Shown here: positions 31,619 through 43,093 of the stretch, piece by piece
Position numbering within the stretch: position 1 is the first letter of the stretch
Layout: the number at the start of each line of letters is the position of its first letter
Origin: Leptolyngbyaceae cyanobacterium
GTDB lineage: Bacteria > Cyanobacteriota > Cyanobacteriia > Phormidesmidales > Phormidesmidaceae
NCBI GenBank assembly: GCA_050331235.1
Contig: JBHJHA010000015.1
Span: 1-64,000 of the forward strand
Length of the DNA stretch: 64,000 bases
Direction: 5' to 3'
Notes under the pieces: generated by a model
Database searches by the model: none
What the model saw: the letters and a program-made list of their open reading frames with translations, nothing else
What the model was told of the DNA's origin: nothing
Made by a program: the position numbers and the translations under genes

Positions 31619-32671
31619 TCAGGTCGCGATCGCCTCTTGTTCTCGTAATCGTTCTTGAATGAAAGATTCCACCAAGTCCACATCTTCAGTGCTGCCGATG
31701 ACGACTGGAGTTCGCTGGTGCAGTTCCTCTGGCACCACGTCCAGTAGCCGCTCTGTACCGGTACTCGCGCTTCCCCCAGCCTGCTCAATCAAAAAAGCCA
31801 GCGGGGCCGTTTCATAGAGCAGACGCAGCTTGCCATGGACATTTTTCTTCGTGCCGGGATATAAAAACACACCGCCCTGCATCAAAATGCGGTGGAAGTC
31901 ACCGACCAACGCACCGCTGTATCGAGACGAGTATCCATCATGGCGGTGCACGTAGCGAATAAAGTCTCGAATAGACTCTTCCCACTGCCAGAAGTTACCT
32001 TCATTGACGCTGTAATTGGAACCGTGTTGAGGCACCTGGATATTTTCTGCCGTTAGGATGAATTCTCCAAGACTCGGGTCAAGGGTAAAAGAATGCACCC
32101 CGTGGCCAATGGAATAGACCAAAACAGTGGTGGGACCGTACAAAATGTAGCCGGCTGCCAGCTGATCGTGTCCCGCCGTCAGCAGGTCAGACGCTGATTG
32201 GTCCAGATCATCGCCGCTCTGCCGACGGATGGCAAAAATTGAGCCAACATTCAAGTTGATATCAACATTAGAGGAGCCATCAATCGGATCATATAGCAGC
32301 GTATAGCGCCCAATGGGGCAATTTTCTGGAATGTAGTAGGGCTTTTCCATCTCTTCAGATGCTAATCGGCAGACCAAGCCGCTTTGCTTAAAGACAGAAA
32401 TAAAAACATCATTGGCAAAAACGTCCATTTTTTTAACGTCTTCACCTTGTACATTAGTGCGGCCAGTAAAGCCGAGAGTATCGGCCACCAAACCCGCACG
32501 GGATAGATGGCGGGCAATCAGTTTGCCCGCTAAGGCAATACGATTCATCAGCGCGCTTAAATCTTGCGCCTCCGGTCCGAAGCTGTGTAGCTGCTGCAGC
32601 ACATGCCGCGACAAGGTCATGCAATCACGGTCAAGCGTTTGCTCCGAAGACGGCTGATAGCTGTCCACCAT
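31619..32671 (-). CDS. fbp: Fructose-1,6-bisphosphatase class 1
   Basis: [36 protein letters not shown]. Confidence 0.95.
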   Translation of the reverse strand: MVDSYQPSSEQTLDRDCMTLSRHVLQQLHSFGPEAQDLSALMNRIALAGKLIARHLSRAGLVADTLGFTGRTNVQGEDVKKMDVFANDVFISVFKQSGLVCRLASEEMEKPYYIPENCPIGRYTLLYDPIDGSSNVDINLNVGSIFAIRRQSGDDLDQSASDLLTAGHDQLAAGYILYGPTTVLVYSIGHGVHSFTLDPSLGEFILTAENIQVPQHGSNYSVNEGNFWQWEESIRDFIRYVHRHDGYSSRYSGALVGDFHRILMQGGVFLYPGTKKNVHGKLRLLYETAPLAFLIEQAGGSASTGTERLLDVVPEELHQRTPVVIGSTEDVDLVESFIQERLREQEAIAT

Positions 32672-32953
32672 GCAAGGCTCCTATGGGGTATCAAACGGCT
32701 AGAAGCGCGGACTGCCAGCTTAGAGATGTCGTGAATCCCATCGCCGAGGCCACTAAGCGCTTCACAACCTCATAGTAAGAAGAACGGTCTGAAAGCAAAG
32801 AACTCTTTATGTCACCTAAAGATTAGAGCTAATCAGCGTACCTAAATGACCGTTGGTAAACGATTCAGCAACAGGCTTCACTCAACATCTCTGATTAAGC
32901 CGTAGCTGGGCTGACTGTCGCCATAGCGCTACAGGTTCAGTGTCCTACCAACC

Positions 32954-32990
32954 AAAAATGGGTGGCAATGCATATTGCCACCCATTTTTT
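32954..32990. terminator. Bidirectional intrinsic terminator after prk
   Basis: AAAAATGGGTGGCAAT-GCAT-ATTGCCACCCATTTTT perfect stem flanked by A/T runs. Confidence 0.85.
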
Positions 32991-33040
32991 ATTGATATCA
33001 AGTTGCCATTAAGACTACCCGCTCAAGTCACACAGCGGGC

Positions 33041-34042
33041 TTACGCAACTGTCTGAGGCTCCTTGGCAGTGAGCTTCTCGTAGCTTTCGCGCATCTTGAG
33101 CCCAACCAACACTTGAAATAAGCCACTGCCATTGTTAGAACCAGGATACTCCCGGTGCTTGAGCAGCAGTTCAGTCATCTCACCGTAGTACTTGGTTGAA
33201 GTGTTGCTGAGGTGACTTTCCACATAGATGAGTTCTTCCAAGCGCTCAAACTGACCATCGATTTCCAATACGGAAACGTCATGACCGTAATAGGTATCAG
33301 GGCCGTAATGCATGCGGATGCCGGGGAATGAACAGGTCAACTTGCGACCACAAGGAATCCAGTCAATGGTGGAGCCTTCGTCAAACAGATAAACTGGGTT
33401 GAAACCCTCAATGCCTTCCTTCTGGAGTAACCGGACCCGTAAGATCTTCTTCTCTTTGTCTTCGCCGGGGATGAGCTCCGTGGGCAAGATTTGAATAACG
33501 ACGTCAGCATACTGCTTTTGAATATCGATGTAGGCTTCAAAGTCAGGGCGACGAGCGTTGATGGACGCCAGCACGTCCTCATAGGTATGACCACGCTCAG
33601 CCATATCTCGTTGAATCTTCCAAGCGATTTTGACATCGTCATGAATATCAAGGTAAACGCTGAAGTCAATTAGCCCACGCACCCGCTCGTCATACATTGG
33701 GTGCAGGCCTTCAATGACCACAATGTGATTGGGGTCAACCCGCTCGGGGGGATCGATTTCGCCTGTCTCGTGATTGTAGATGGGCTTATCAATCGCGTTG
33801 CCTTCCTTCAGCGCCTTGATTTGCTCGTACATCAAATCAAAGTTGTTGGCTTTGGGATTCAAAGCCGTAACGCCAGCCTCTTTGCGCTGCTTTCGGTCAA
33901 GGCTGTGATAATCATCCAAACAAATCACAGTGATGAACTCTTCACCAAACAGGTCGGCAAGTCGTCTCAAAAATGTGGATTTACCACATCCAGAGTCGCC
34001 AGCAACCCCTATCAAAACCACGCGTTCAGGCTTACTTGTCAT
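33041..34042 (-). CDS. prk: Phosphoribulokinase
   Basis: GDSGCGKST, DDYH, KIQRDMAERGH, PCGRKLTCS. Confidence 0.96.
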   Translation of the reverse strand: MTSKPERVVLIGVAGDSGCGKSTFLRRLADLFGEEFITVICLDDYHSLDRKQRKEAGVTALNPKANNFDLMYEQIKALKEGNAIDKPIYNHETGEIDPPERVDPNHIVVIEGLHPMYDERVRGLIDFSVYLDIHDDVKIAWKIQRDMAERGHTYEDVLASINARRPDFEAYIDIQKQYADVVIQILPTELIPGEDKEKKILRVRLLQKEGIEGFNPVYLFDEGSTIDWIPCGRKLTCSFPGIRMHYGPDTYYGHDVSVLEIDGQFERLEELIYVESHLSNTSTKYYGEMTELLLKHREYPGSNNGSGLFQVLVGLKMRESYEKLTAKEPQTVA

Positions 34043-34826
34043 AGCTTTCCTCGAGCAACACAGAAAACAACTGAAATTGATGTTTAGGTTAAATGAAACG
34101 TAGCCAATAAAACGACATTTAATCGGCTCGTAAGCAGTGGATAACGGACATTTAAGATGAAGAAAAAACTTTAGCTAACATCTTTACATCGTCTGCAATG
34201 TCCGTAGAAGGAACAGTTTGAACACCATATCCACAGCGATGGTACTAGCCATCACTCCAAATGTGATGAGGGGCACAGACGACAGATTGAGCTCGTTAAC
34301 CCGCAGCTTCAAACCTGGTTAAACGAGCCAGAACCAGCTTTAGTGAGATGATTCCGAATCTTTTACGCCCTTACTAGTTGGCTATAGTATCAAATTGGTA
34401 TCACCGCTCACAAGTCTGTTGATTAATCAACTTGTAGGCGAGGCGCACTATGCCCTGCCGACGTTGAGTTAGAAGGGGTTTGTGGGTAACTCTCTCAAGT
34501 CATCGACTCATCATATTCCCCGCTGAGTGGCAATGCTGTCTCCTTTGAACAGGGCGGAGATTGGGGTTGCTGCCAGTTGATGACGGAGCCGCTGATGAAT
34601 AAAAATCTAAAAATGAGATGAACGACACAGTGTTCTCAGGATAAAGCCATTATTTTGTAGTCAGCAGGTAATACGTGATCGCCATTGATTTCTATCTCCT
34701 TACCACGTTTAGATTACTCTGAACGCTTTCCCACTAGGAGACCTTTCCATTGCAGTGATACGCTAAAGAGAACGTTAAGCTGTAGCCAAGGCTTTTCATC
34801 TAGCCCCATTCGGTCCGGTGAGATGA

Positions 34827-36083
<1,257 letters not shown>

Positions 36084-36157
36084 GGTGATTTGCCCATGGC
36101 TCGTAGCTCGTATGCTGCAAGTAATGGGCTGAGGTGCTCTACTTTTATCATGACTTT

Positions 36158-36189
36158 AACCGGAGGGGTTTTGGCCGCTCCGGTTTTTG
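36158..36189 (+). terminator. Putative intrinsic terminator after petH
   Basis: AACCGGAG...CTCCGGTT stem followed by TTT. Confidence 0.6.
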
Positions 36190-36238
36190 TTGGTGGCGGC
36201 ATCCCCTACCATTAAAAGGGAGAGAAGATAAGGATGCG

Positions 36239-37564
36239 GTGACGGTGACTGTAAATGTAGGGCTTTTGGGACTGGGTACGGTCGGAACAGGCACGGCGAA
36301 GATCTTGCTTGATCCAGCTGGCAGGCATCCGCTTGTAGAGGCAATCAACATTCGACGGGTGGGGGTCAGAACCCTGGATAAGCCTCGCGGTGTTGATTTG
36401 CCGTCGGGCTGTTTGACCACTGATTTAGCGGCGATTGTTGCTGATCCAGATGTGGATGTGGTGGTGGAACTGATGGGTGGCCTTGAGCCAGCGCGATCGC
36501 TGATTCTAAAAGCCATTCAGCAGGGCAAACATGTTGTCACGGCAAACAAGGCCGTCATCTCTCGCTACGGCGACGAGATCTTTACCGCTGCTAATCAAGC
36601 TGGCGTCTACGTTATGTTGGAGGCCGCTGTGGGCGGGGGGATACCCGTTGTGCAACCGCTTAAGCAGGCGTTGGGGGTCAATCGCATCCATGCGGTGACC
36701 GGCATTGTCAACGGCACGACCAACTATATTCTCACCCGGATGCAGGAGGAGGGCGGCGAGTTTGAGACCATTTTGACCGACGCCCAACGGTTGGGATACG
36801 CCGAAGCTGACCCGACGGCAGATGTCGATGGTCTTGATGCAGCGGATAAGATTGCGATTTTGGCGTCCCTAGCCTTTGGGGGGCGGATCAAGCTCTCTGA
36901 TGTGTTTTGCGAAGGGATTCGCCACGTGAGCCCGGCGGATATTGCCTATGCCCAGCGCCTTGGATTTGTGATTAAGCTGTTGGCGATCGCCCGGCGTGAT
37001 ACCTGTCCCTTGTCGAATGAAACGATGGACCAACTGCAGCTGCGGGTACATCCGACCCTCGTTCCCAAGACCCATCCGTTAGCCAGCGTCAACGGGGTTT
37101 ATAATGCCATCCTGGTCGAAGGAGATCCGCTGGGGCAGGTGATGTTCTTTGGCCCAGGAGCGGGGGAAGGGGCGACTGCCAGCGCCGTGGTTTCAGATAT
37201 TTTGAGCATTGCCGCCACTCTGCAGCCAGCGCCTCAGGGCACCACGGCGGGGTCTCAAAATCCTCTCTTGGCTTGCTCTCACCAGCATTACTGTGATGTG
37301 AGTCCCATGGCCGATATTGTGAGTCGGTTTTATGTCCGTTTGCTGGCCAAAGATCAGCCCGGCGTCATTGGCCGAGTGGGGCTTTGTTTTGGCAACCACG
37401 ATGTCAGCATAGAGTCCGTGGTGCAAATTGATCTTCGGGACGATATGGCAGAAGTCGTAGTGGTCACCCATGAGGTCAAAGAAAGCTACTTTCAAGCGGC
37501 CTTGAACGAATTGCGGAAGTTTCCCAATATTCAAGGTGTGCCAAGCGTTTTGCGGGTGCTTTAG
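36239..37564 (+). CDS. hom: Homoserine dehydrogenase with C-terminal ACT domain
   Basis: GLGTVG, VVTANK, EAAVGGGIP, NGTTNYIL, GYAEADP; GTG start near 36239. Confidence 0.93.
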   Translation: MTVTVNVGLLGLGTVGTGTAKILLDPAGRHPLVEAINIRRVGVRTLDKPRGVDLPSGCLTTDLAAIVADPDVDVVVELMGGLEPARSLILKAIQQGKHVVTANKAVISRYGDEIFTAANQAGVYVMLEAAVGGGIPVVQPLKQALGVNRIHAVTGIVNGTTNYILTRMQEEGGEFETILTDAQRLGYAEADPTADVDGLDAADKIAILASLAFGGRIKLSDVFCEGIRHVSPADIAYAQRLGFVIKLLAIARRDTCPLSNETMDQLQLRVHPTLVPKTHPLASVNGVYNAILVEGDPLGQVMFFGPGAGEGATASAVVSDILSIAATLQPAPQGTTAGSQNPLLACSHQHYCDVSPMADIVSRFYVRLLAKDQPGVIGRVGLCFGNHDVSIESVVQIDLRDDMAEVVVVTHEVKESYFQAALNELRKFPNIQGVPSVLRVL

Positions 37565-37567
37565 CCG

Positions 37568-38497
37568 GTGCCGCAGGTGGATGCCATGGCTGCATTCCCG
37601 CACAGGCTGTCAGGCCCTGAGCTTTGGGCCTGGCGATCGCAGGCCCAAGCCCAGGCTCGAGCCTATCAAATCGATCCGGCTGAAGTGGACTGGTATTTGC
37701 AAGGGCTATGTGAGGTAACGCCCTTAGACCTACGGCTCGGCACCCTGGCCCAACAATCCTTTGTCCCCGCCCAGGTTAGCTGGTCAGACTTCCAGTCCCG
37801 CTGGCAGCAGCGAGTGCGCGATCGCGTGCCCATTCAGCATTTAGTTGGTCAGACGACATGGCGCAATCTGACTTTGACAGTTTCACCGGATGTGTTGATC
37901 CCTCGACCAGAGACTGAGCTCATCATTGACCTGGTGGTGTCGCAACTACACCACAGCCCCCAGGGGTCGGCAGATCGGCAGGGGGTCTGGGCCGATTTGG
38001 GCACCGGCAGCGGCGCGATCGCCCTGGGATTAGCCCAAGCCCTGCCCCAGGCAACCATCTTAGCGGTTGATATCAGCGAGTCAGCGCTGGCGATCGCCCG
38101 GCAAAATGCCGCCGCCCATGGGTTATCATCACGCATCCAGTTTTTACAGGGGTCTTGGTTTGAGCCGTTGCCCCGGCAAGCACAGCTCGCTGGTCTGGTC
38201 TCAAATCCCCCCTACATTCCTCAAGCTGTGGTCTCTACCCTAGCGCCAGAGGTTGCCGCCCATGAGCCACATATAGCGTTAGATGGTGGAGCCGATGGGC
38301 TAGAGGCGCTGCGTCATTTGGCGCAGCGAGGCCCTGATCATTTACAACCTGGGGGCCTGTGGCTAGTGGAACTGATGCAGGGACAAGCCGCTGCGGTGAT
38401 GGACCTATTGCACGCCACCCAAGCCTATGAGCACGGCCAAATTGTTCGAGATCTGGCGGGAATTGAGCGGTTTGTGCTGACCCATCGCCGTGGCTAA
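37568..38497 (+). CDS. prmC: Peptide chain release factor glutamine methyltransferase
   Basis: VLIPRPETE, DLGTGSG, SNPPYI. Confidence 0.92.
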   Translation: MPQVDAMAAFPHRLSGPELWAWRSQAQAQARAYQIDPAEVDWYLQGLCEVTPLDLRLGTLAQQSFVPAQVSWSDFQSRWQQRVRDRVPIQHLVGQTTWRNLTLTVSPDVLIPRPETELIIDLVVSQLHHSPQGSADRQGVWADLGTGSGAIALGLAQALPQATILAVDISESALAIARQNAAAHGLSSRIQFLQGSWFEPLPRQAQLAGLVSNPPYIPQAVVSTLAPEVAAHEPHIALDGGADGLEALRHLAQRGPDHLQPGGLWLVELMQGQAAAVMDLLHATQAYEHGQIVRDLAGIERFVLTHRRG

Positions 38498-38550
38498 ACC
38501 GAGGCACAGCCGGGCCGCGATGTGTTCCAAGCTATAGCAGCGACACTAAA

Positions 38551-40116
38551 CTACGGTGCGATCGCTGGGTCAGCTGCATACTTAAAGTGCTGAATCTCCA
38601 CCGTTCGATCAAAGGCTGCCGCGAGGACCGAACTGGCGCGCTGGGCGGCCCAAACTTCTAGATCTAAATTGCCCACTCCAGTAACGCCAATGGTAAGGGC
38701 GTGTTTGGTCAGGTCACAGGCAATGTCCACAACCCGTTGATTTTGGGTTTTGTCTAGGTTGACGGCAATTCTGAGCATGCCCGATAGTACTTGCACCAGT
38801 TGCCGCTGGGCTTTTGACAACTTTTTGAACTTGCTGTGTCTTTTGGTTGGTGGCGCTTTGCAGTGATATCGGGCCAGGTGACCGATGAGTAATATCTCGG
38901 CACTGGTGAACCCCCGGTGATCGGTGCGCTTGATCAGATAGCGGGAATTTTTATGGTGCTTGCGAAAGGAGACAAACTGGCCAATATCATGTACCAGGGC
39001 GGCATATTTCAGGAGATCGCGTTCGTAGCCGCCATATTCGTGCAGGGTCTGCGTTTGGTCAAATAGTGCCAAGGCTAATCTGGCTACATGCTCATTACGG
39101 GGTAAATCACACTGATACTTTTGGGCGAGTTGGGCCATTTTGCGATCGCGCAGGTTGCCCCGCTCAGGAGATGCGGCAATCTCGCGGGCATGACGCTGCA
39201 AGTAATCTAAAACCATGCCTTCCCGCAGGGACGCTTCGCATAGGGTGATTTCCTTGGTTCCCGCTAAAGTCAACAGTTGGGTCAGCAGCACGCCGCCTAA
39301 ATGAATTGCGTCGGCTCGTTTATCACTAATGCCGTCTACCTGGGCGCGATCGCTTAAAGGTTTTTCCAAGAGGTTAGCGGTCAAGGCGCTTAGGTCTTTG
39401 AGTGGTACGACTTCGGCATTGAGCGATCGCGGTGCGTCTTGGTCCGCCCGTAACAGTGCGGCCTCCCCTAGCGTACGAATCGTTCCCGACGTCCCCACGA
39501 CTCGGTCGAAGCCGATATCGCGCAGTTTATCGATAGTCTTTTGCGCCAGAAACTGGATGTGAGACTCGACAACATGGCGGCCCTCAGGGGTAATCGGGCC
39601 TTTGTCTTCAAACATATCTAGGAGCCGCAGCACACCCAGGGGTAAGCTCTCGCCGTATAACACTTCCTGGCGATTGCCGATGACCGCCTCTGTACTGCCG
39701 CCTCCGATGTCAAACACTAAGGCGGTGTCATCCATGAGCGAGATGGAGTTGCGTACAGCCAGAAAAATTAGGCGTGCTTCCTCTTTACCCGAGATAATCC
39801 TAGGCTCAAGCCCCGTCCGTTGGACTAACTCCGCTAAGAAGGCGTCACCGTTTTGAGCTTCGCGGATAGCGCTCGTAGCGGCGGTAATGACATCATCAAC
39901 GCCAACTTGCTCAGCCAATTGCACGTAGCGATGAATGGTTTCGATGCCCGTTTGGAAGGCGCGATCGCTCAGCCGGTTGGTGGCAAAGACTCCAGCCCCC
40001 AGCTTGATCATGGCCTTTTCGCGCTCGATCACCTTAAAGTTGCGCTGCGAAACGGCCTCCACGATGATCATGTGAATGGAGTTGGTGCCGATGTCGATCG
40101 CGGCCAGTTTCATCAT
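38551..40116 (-). CDS. ppx: Ppx/GppA-family exopolyphosphatase with C-terminal HD-like domain
   Basis: AAIDIGTNS, ISGKEEARL, DIGGGSTE, LREG, ALVHDIG. Confidence 0.88.
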   Translation of the reverse strand: MMKLAAIDIGTNSIHMIIVEAVSQRNFKVIEREKAMIKLGAGVFATNRLSDRAFQTGIETIHRYVQLAEQVGVDDVITAATSAIREAQNGDAFLAELVQRTGLEPRIISGKEEARLIFLAVRNSISLMDDTALVFDIGGGSTEAVIGNRQEVLYGESLPLGVLRLLDMFEDKGPITPEGRHVVESHIQFLAQKTIDKLRDIGFDRVVGTSGTIRTLGEAALLRADQDAPRSLNAEVVPLKDLSALTANLLEKPLSDRAQVDGISDKRADAIHLGGVLLTQLLTLAGTKEITLCEASLREGMVLDYLQRHAREIAASPERGNLRDRKMAQLAQKYQCDLPRNEHVARLALALFDQTQTLHEYGGYERDLLKYAALVHDIGQFVSFRKHHKNSRYLIKRTDHRGFTSAEILLIGHLARYHCKAPPTKRHSKFKKLSKAQRQLVQVLSGMLRIAVNLDKTQNQRVVDIACDLTKHALTIGVTGVGNLDLEVWAAQRASSVLAAAFDRTVEIQHFKYAADPAIAP

Positions 40117-40152
40117 GGCTACTGTTCCCAGGGTTGAGTCTGCTAGGGCGGC

Positions 40153-40566
40153 TTAGCGCTGCCAAATCCAGCCTACCAAGATCCCTAGAAAAGCTACCGA
40201 GCCTAAAACTGCCAGAACAATGGAAACAACGAAAGAAGGTGAGCGGCGAGCCACGTAAATCAGATCGTTTCGCTGAATGCGCTGAAGCTGTTGCCGATGA
40301 TCAAAAGCTGCGGCCAACATGGCAAAAGTGCCTAGGGCAATGAACGAAAGTCCGAGAATTCGACTCAGGCGAATCGGATTGCCGACACCCCCCAGGTTTT
40401 GCTCTAAGACGGCTACGATGCGATCAATCCCTACGCCAAAGCTGATGAGGGACAGGCTTGTGCGAATCCAGGCCATCAACGTTCGTTCTTCGGCGGCGCG
40501 GTTGCGTTCCTTCGCCAGCTCGGTGGCCGGATTAGGCGAGTTGGCGGGCTGGTTAGAGCTAGTCAT
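40153..40566 (-). CDS. DUF202 (YidH / VTC-TM-type) membrane protein
   Basis: ELAKERNRAAEERTLMAWIRTSLSLISFG plus three TM helices. Confidence 0.88.
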   Translation of the reverse strand: MTSSNQPANSPNPATELAKERNRAAEERTLMAWIRTSLSLISFGVGIDRIVAVLEQNLGGVGNPIRLSRILGLSFIALGTFAMLAAAFDHRQQLQRIQRNDLIYVARRSPSFVVSIVLAVLGSVAFLGILVGWIWQR

Positions 40567-40663
40567 GCGTTTCTCTTCGACTCAACGGTAGGGCAAAAAC
40601 ATCGCGATCACAAAAGCAAATTTTCAGGCAAATCACCTTAGAATAAGGCGCAAGTCTAAAACC

Positions 40664-41113
40664 ATGACGTTTGGCCAAAGTCATTTTGGAACTCCATCAG
40701 CCATGACTCCTCTCCAACCAGAACGGATTACCGGCCCCAATAACGAACTCGCCAAGGAACGCAATCGCGCCGCGGCGGAGCGGACCATGACCGCCTGGAT
40801 CCAAAATTGCTTAACTTTAATTGGCTTCGGTATTGCTGTGGACCAAATCAACCAGGCCCTCGATGCGCGATCAGCGGCCACACTGGTTGCCACAGGACCC
40901 AGTGTGGCGCCGCTGATCGCGATTGGCTTTGTGGGCTTTGGAATGGCTTTATTGGTCATGGCTTGGCTGCAATATCGGTTAGAGATTCGCTCCATTGAAC
41001 GGGCAGATTATGTGCTGCTCTCGGTTAGTCAGCTAAATCAGATTGTCGGGTGGGCCATTGTTCTGTTTGGCGTTTTATCGGGCATTGCCTTGATTATCTT
41101 TGCTAGGGGCTAG
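40664..41113 (+). CDS. DUF202 membrane protein (opposite orientation)
   Basis: ELAKERNRAAAERTMTAWIQNCLTLIGFG plus three TM helices. Confidence 0.85.
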   Translation: MTFGQSHFGTPSAMTPLQPERITGPNNELAKERNRAAAERTMTAWIQNCLTLIGFGIAVDQINQALDARSAATLVATGPSVAPLIAIGFVGFGMALLVMAWLQYRLEIRSIERADYVLLSVSQLNQIVGWAIVLFGVLSGIALIIFARG

Positions 41114-41126
41114 GGCGGCGACCGGT

Positions 41127-41531
41127 TTAAGTTACTAACCGAAAGGTGATGAGCGCCACAATTACCAAGGCAATGACAAACAGTGCGATGGCTACTGTTT
41201 CCCCCAGGGGATAGCGCGGTGTGAACGCATAGTCTGACTGATTGAGGCGATGCAGTTCACCGCGGTAGTCGATGGCGGCGATGACCAATGCATAAACGCC
41301 TAAGCCAATCAGCACTAATCCTAAAATATGGGCAAATCGACTCGGATTAATCGCATCCCCAATGCTTTGGTACAGCAAACTCACCGTTTGATCAATCCCA
41401 AATCCGATGCCAATCAGGGTTAAGCTGGTGCGAATCCACGCCAAAAGGCTGCGATCGGCCGCAATACGGTTCCGCTCTTTAGCGAGTTCAAATTGCGTAT
41501 TGGGGGAGGGAGATGAGTCAGGGGAGGACAT
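41127..41531 (-). CDS. DUF202 membrane protein
   Basis: ELAKERNRIAADRSLLAWIRTSLTLIGIG plus three TM helices. Confidence 0.85.
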   Translation of the reverse strand: MSSPDSSPSPNTQFELAKERNRIAADRSLLAWIRTSLTLIGIGFGIDQTVSLLYQSIGDAINPSRFAHILGLVLIGLGVYALVIAAIDYRGELHRLNQSDYAFTPRYPLGETVAIALFVIALVIVALITFRLVT

Positions 41532-41553
41532 CGCGATTTTATATGCAGGTTAA

Positions 41554-43023
41554 TTAGGTTGGAGTCGTAGCGGGCGTCGCCGTCGCCGCCGCCTGACTGG
41601 ACTGCTGTTTGAGCTGTAGTTTGACCCAGGCGTTGTAGGGGGTGGCCACCACCGCTCCCACAATTAGATAAGTCACGATGGAGGGCACCGCTGCCGGCTG
41701 CTGGTTGGCGATCGCAATAAACAACGCTAACCCCGCATTACGAGCGATCGTCGCCGTAGCCACGGCGGCTCGGTCTTCGAGGTTGGGACCGCCGAGCACA
41801 TGACCGATGGCGAGACCAATCGCCACCACCCCGGCAAACGCAATGAGCGTCTTCAGGCTAAATTGAGGCACTAAGTTGATGCTGATGGCTACCAAAAAGA
41901 AGGCCAAGACCAAAAACATTGTGTTGGCTACAGTGATCATCAGCGTGGCAATTTCATCGGCAAAGTCAGCCGAGACCCGCCGGATCAAAATGCCGATGCC
42001 AAGGGGGAGCAACTGCACCGTGGCGATTTGCTTGGCCACCGTCAAAAATGGAATCTGCTCCTCGGCTTGGGGAAAGAGCAGCGCAAACGCTGCTAACAAG
42101 AGGGGGGTAATTACCACGGCCGATGTGGCCAGTAAAATTTGTAGGGCCGCGGCGGTGTTGACGCTGCCCCCCGCCATGTTGACCCGCTTAGTCAGCAGGG
42201 GAGCCGCCGGAGCCGCCGCAAGAATGACTAACGCGATGCTGGAGCGCGGCGATAGCTGAAACAGCCACAGGGAAATCGCAGCTGCCAGCGGAAACAACAC
42301 CAGCACCGCCACGAGCGATCGCGCCAACAAATTGGGCTGTTGGAATAGGGCCAACAGGCGCTGGGGAGCAACGGCCACGCCAATCGCCAACATAATGATG
42401 AAGACCACTAGCCCCGCCAAACTCTGGATCAACGGGCTGGTCACTGAGAAAATTTCGCCTAGCTTGATTTCCCCGGAAATAAGGGGCACAAACGCCGCTA
42501 ATCCGATAAACAGCAGCACCACCCCCACTGTGAAGCCCAGGGATCCCCCAGGGGAATATTTATATTCCCGGGCTTCGATGCTGCGCAGGGTCGTCCAATG
42601 GCTGATTAACGCCCCCACCAAAGCCACAATGCCCAAGCCGATGAGACTCAGCCCCAGCAAGCGCTCTTCTGACAGCTGATTGATGCCTGTGGGGGCCCCG
42701 GTTTTGTCCACGTACTTGAAAAATCGGTCAATGCCAAAGCCAAAGCTAATCAGCGATAGCGATGTGCGAATCCAGGCCATAAGGGTTCGTTCTTCGGCGG
42801 CGCGGGTGCGCTCGCGGGCAAGCTCAGTACGAATCTCGGCTAGGTCGGTGCGCTGTTCAGCCAGCCCCGTGCGATTGGTTGACATTGCTGTGCGCTGCTT
42901 GGCCAGGTCGGTGCGATCGCTGGCGAGGTGGGTTCTCACCATCGCCAGTTCCGTGTTGCTCATCCCCTCATAGGGGGAAGCCGGCGTCTCGTCAGAATTA
43001 GCGGGGGGATTGGTGGCAGTCAT
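41554..43023 (-). CDS. Fusion of heptad stalk, DUF202 and a bile acid:sodium symporter (BASS/SBF)-like domain
   Basis: RTxLAxx heptads; AAEERTLMAWIRTSLSLISFG; then IMLAIG, APAAP, VQLLPLGIG, RNAGLAL across about 9-10 TM segments. Confidence 0.8.
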   Translation of the reverse strand: MTATNPPANSDETPASPYEGMSNTELAMVRTHLASDRTDLAKQRTAMSTNRTGLAEQRTDLAEIRTELARERTRAAEERTLMAWIRTSLSLISFGFGIDRFFKYVDKTGAPTGINQLSEERLLGLSLIGLGIVALVGALISHWTTLRSIEAREYKYSPGGSLGFTVGVVLLFIGLAAFVPLISGEIKLGEIFSVTSPLIQSLAGLVVFIIMLAIGVAVAPQRLLALFQQPNLLARSLVAVLVLFPLAAAISLWLFQLSPRSSIALVILAAAPAAPLLTKRVNMAGGSVNTAAALQILLATSAVVITPLLLAAFALLFPQAEEQIPFLTVAKQIATVQLLPLGIGILIRRVSADFADEIATLMITVANTMFLVLAFFLVAISINLVPQFSLKTLIAFAGVVAIGLAIGHVLGGPNLEDRAAVATATIARNAGLALFIAIANQQPAAVPSIVTYLIVGAVVATPYNAWVKLQLKQQSSQAAATATPATTPT

Positions 43024-43093
43024 AGCTCAGGGTGGAGAAAAGGACCAAGTTCAGCGATGTGATGCAATCGAATGACGGACCCATCAAAGGGTG

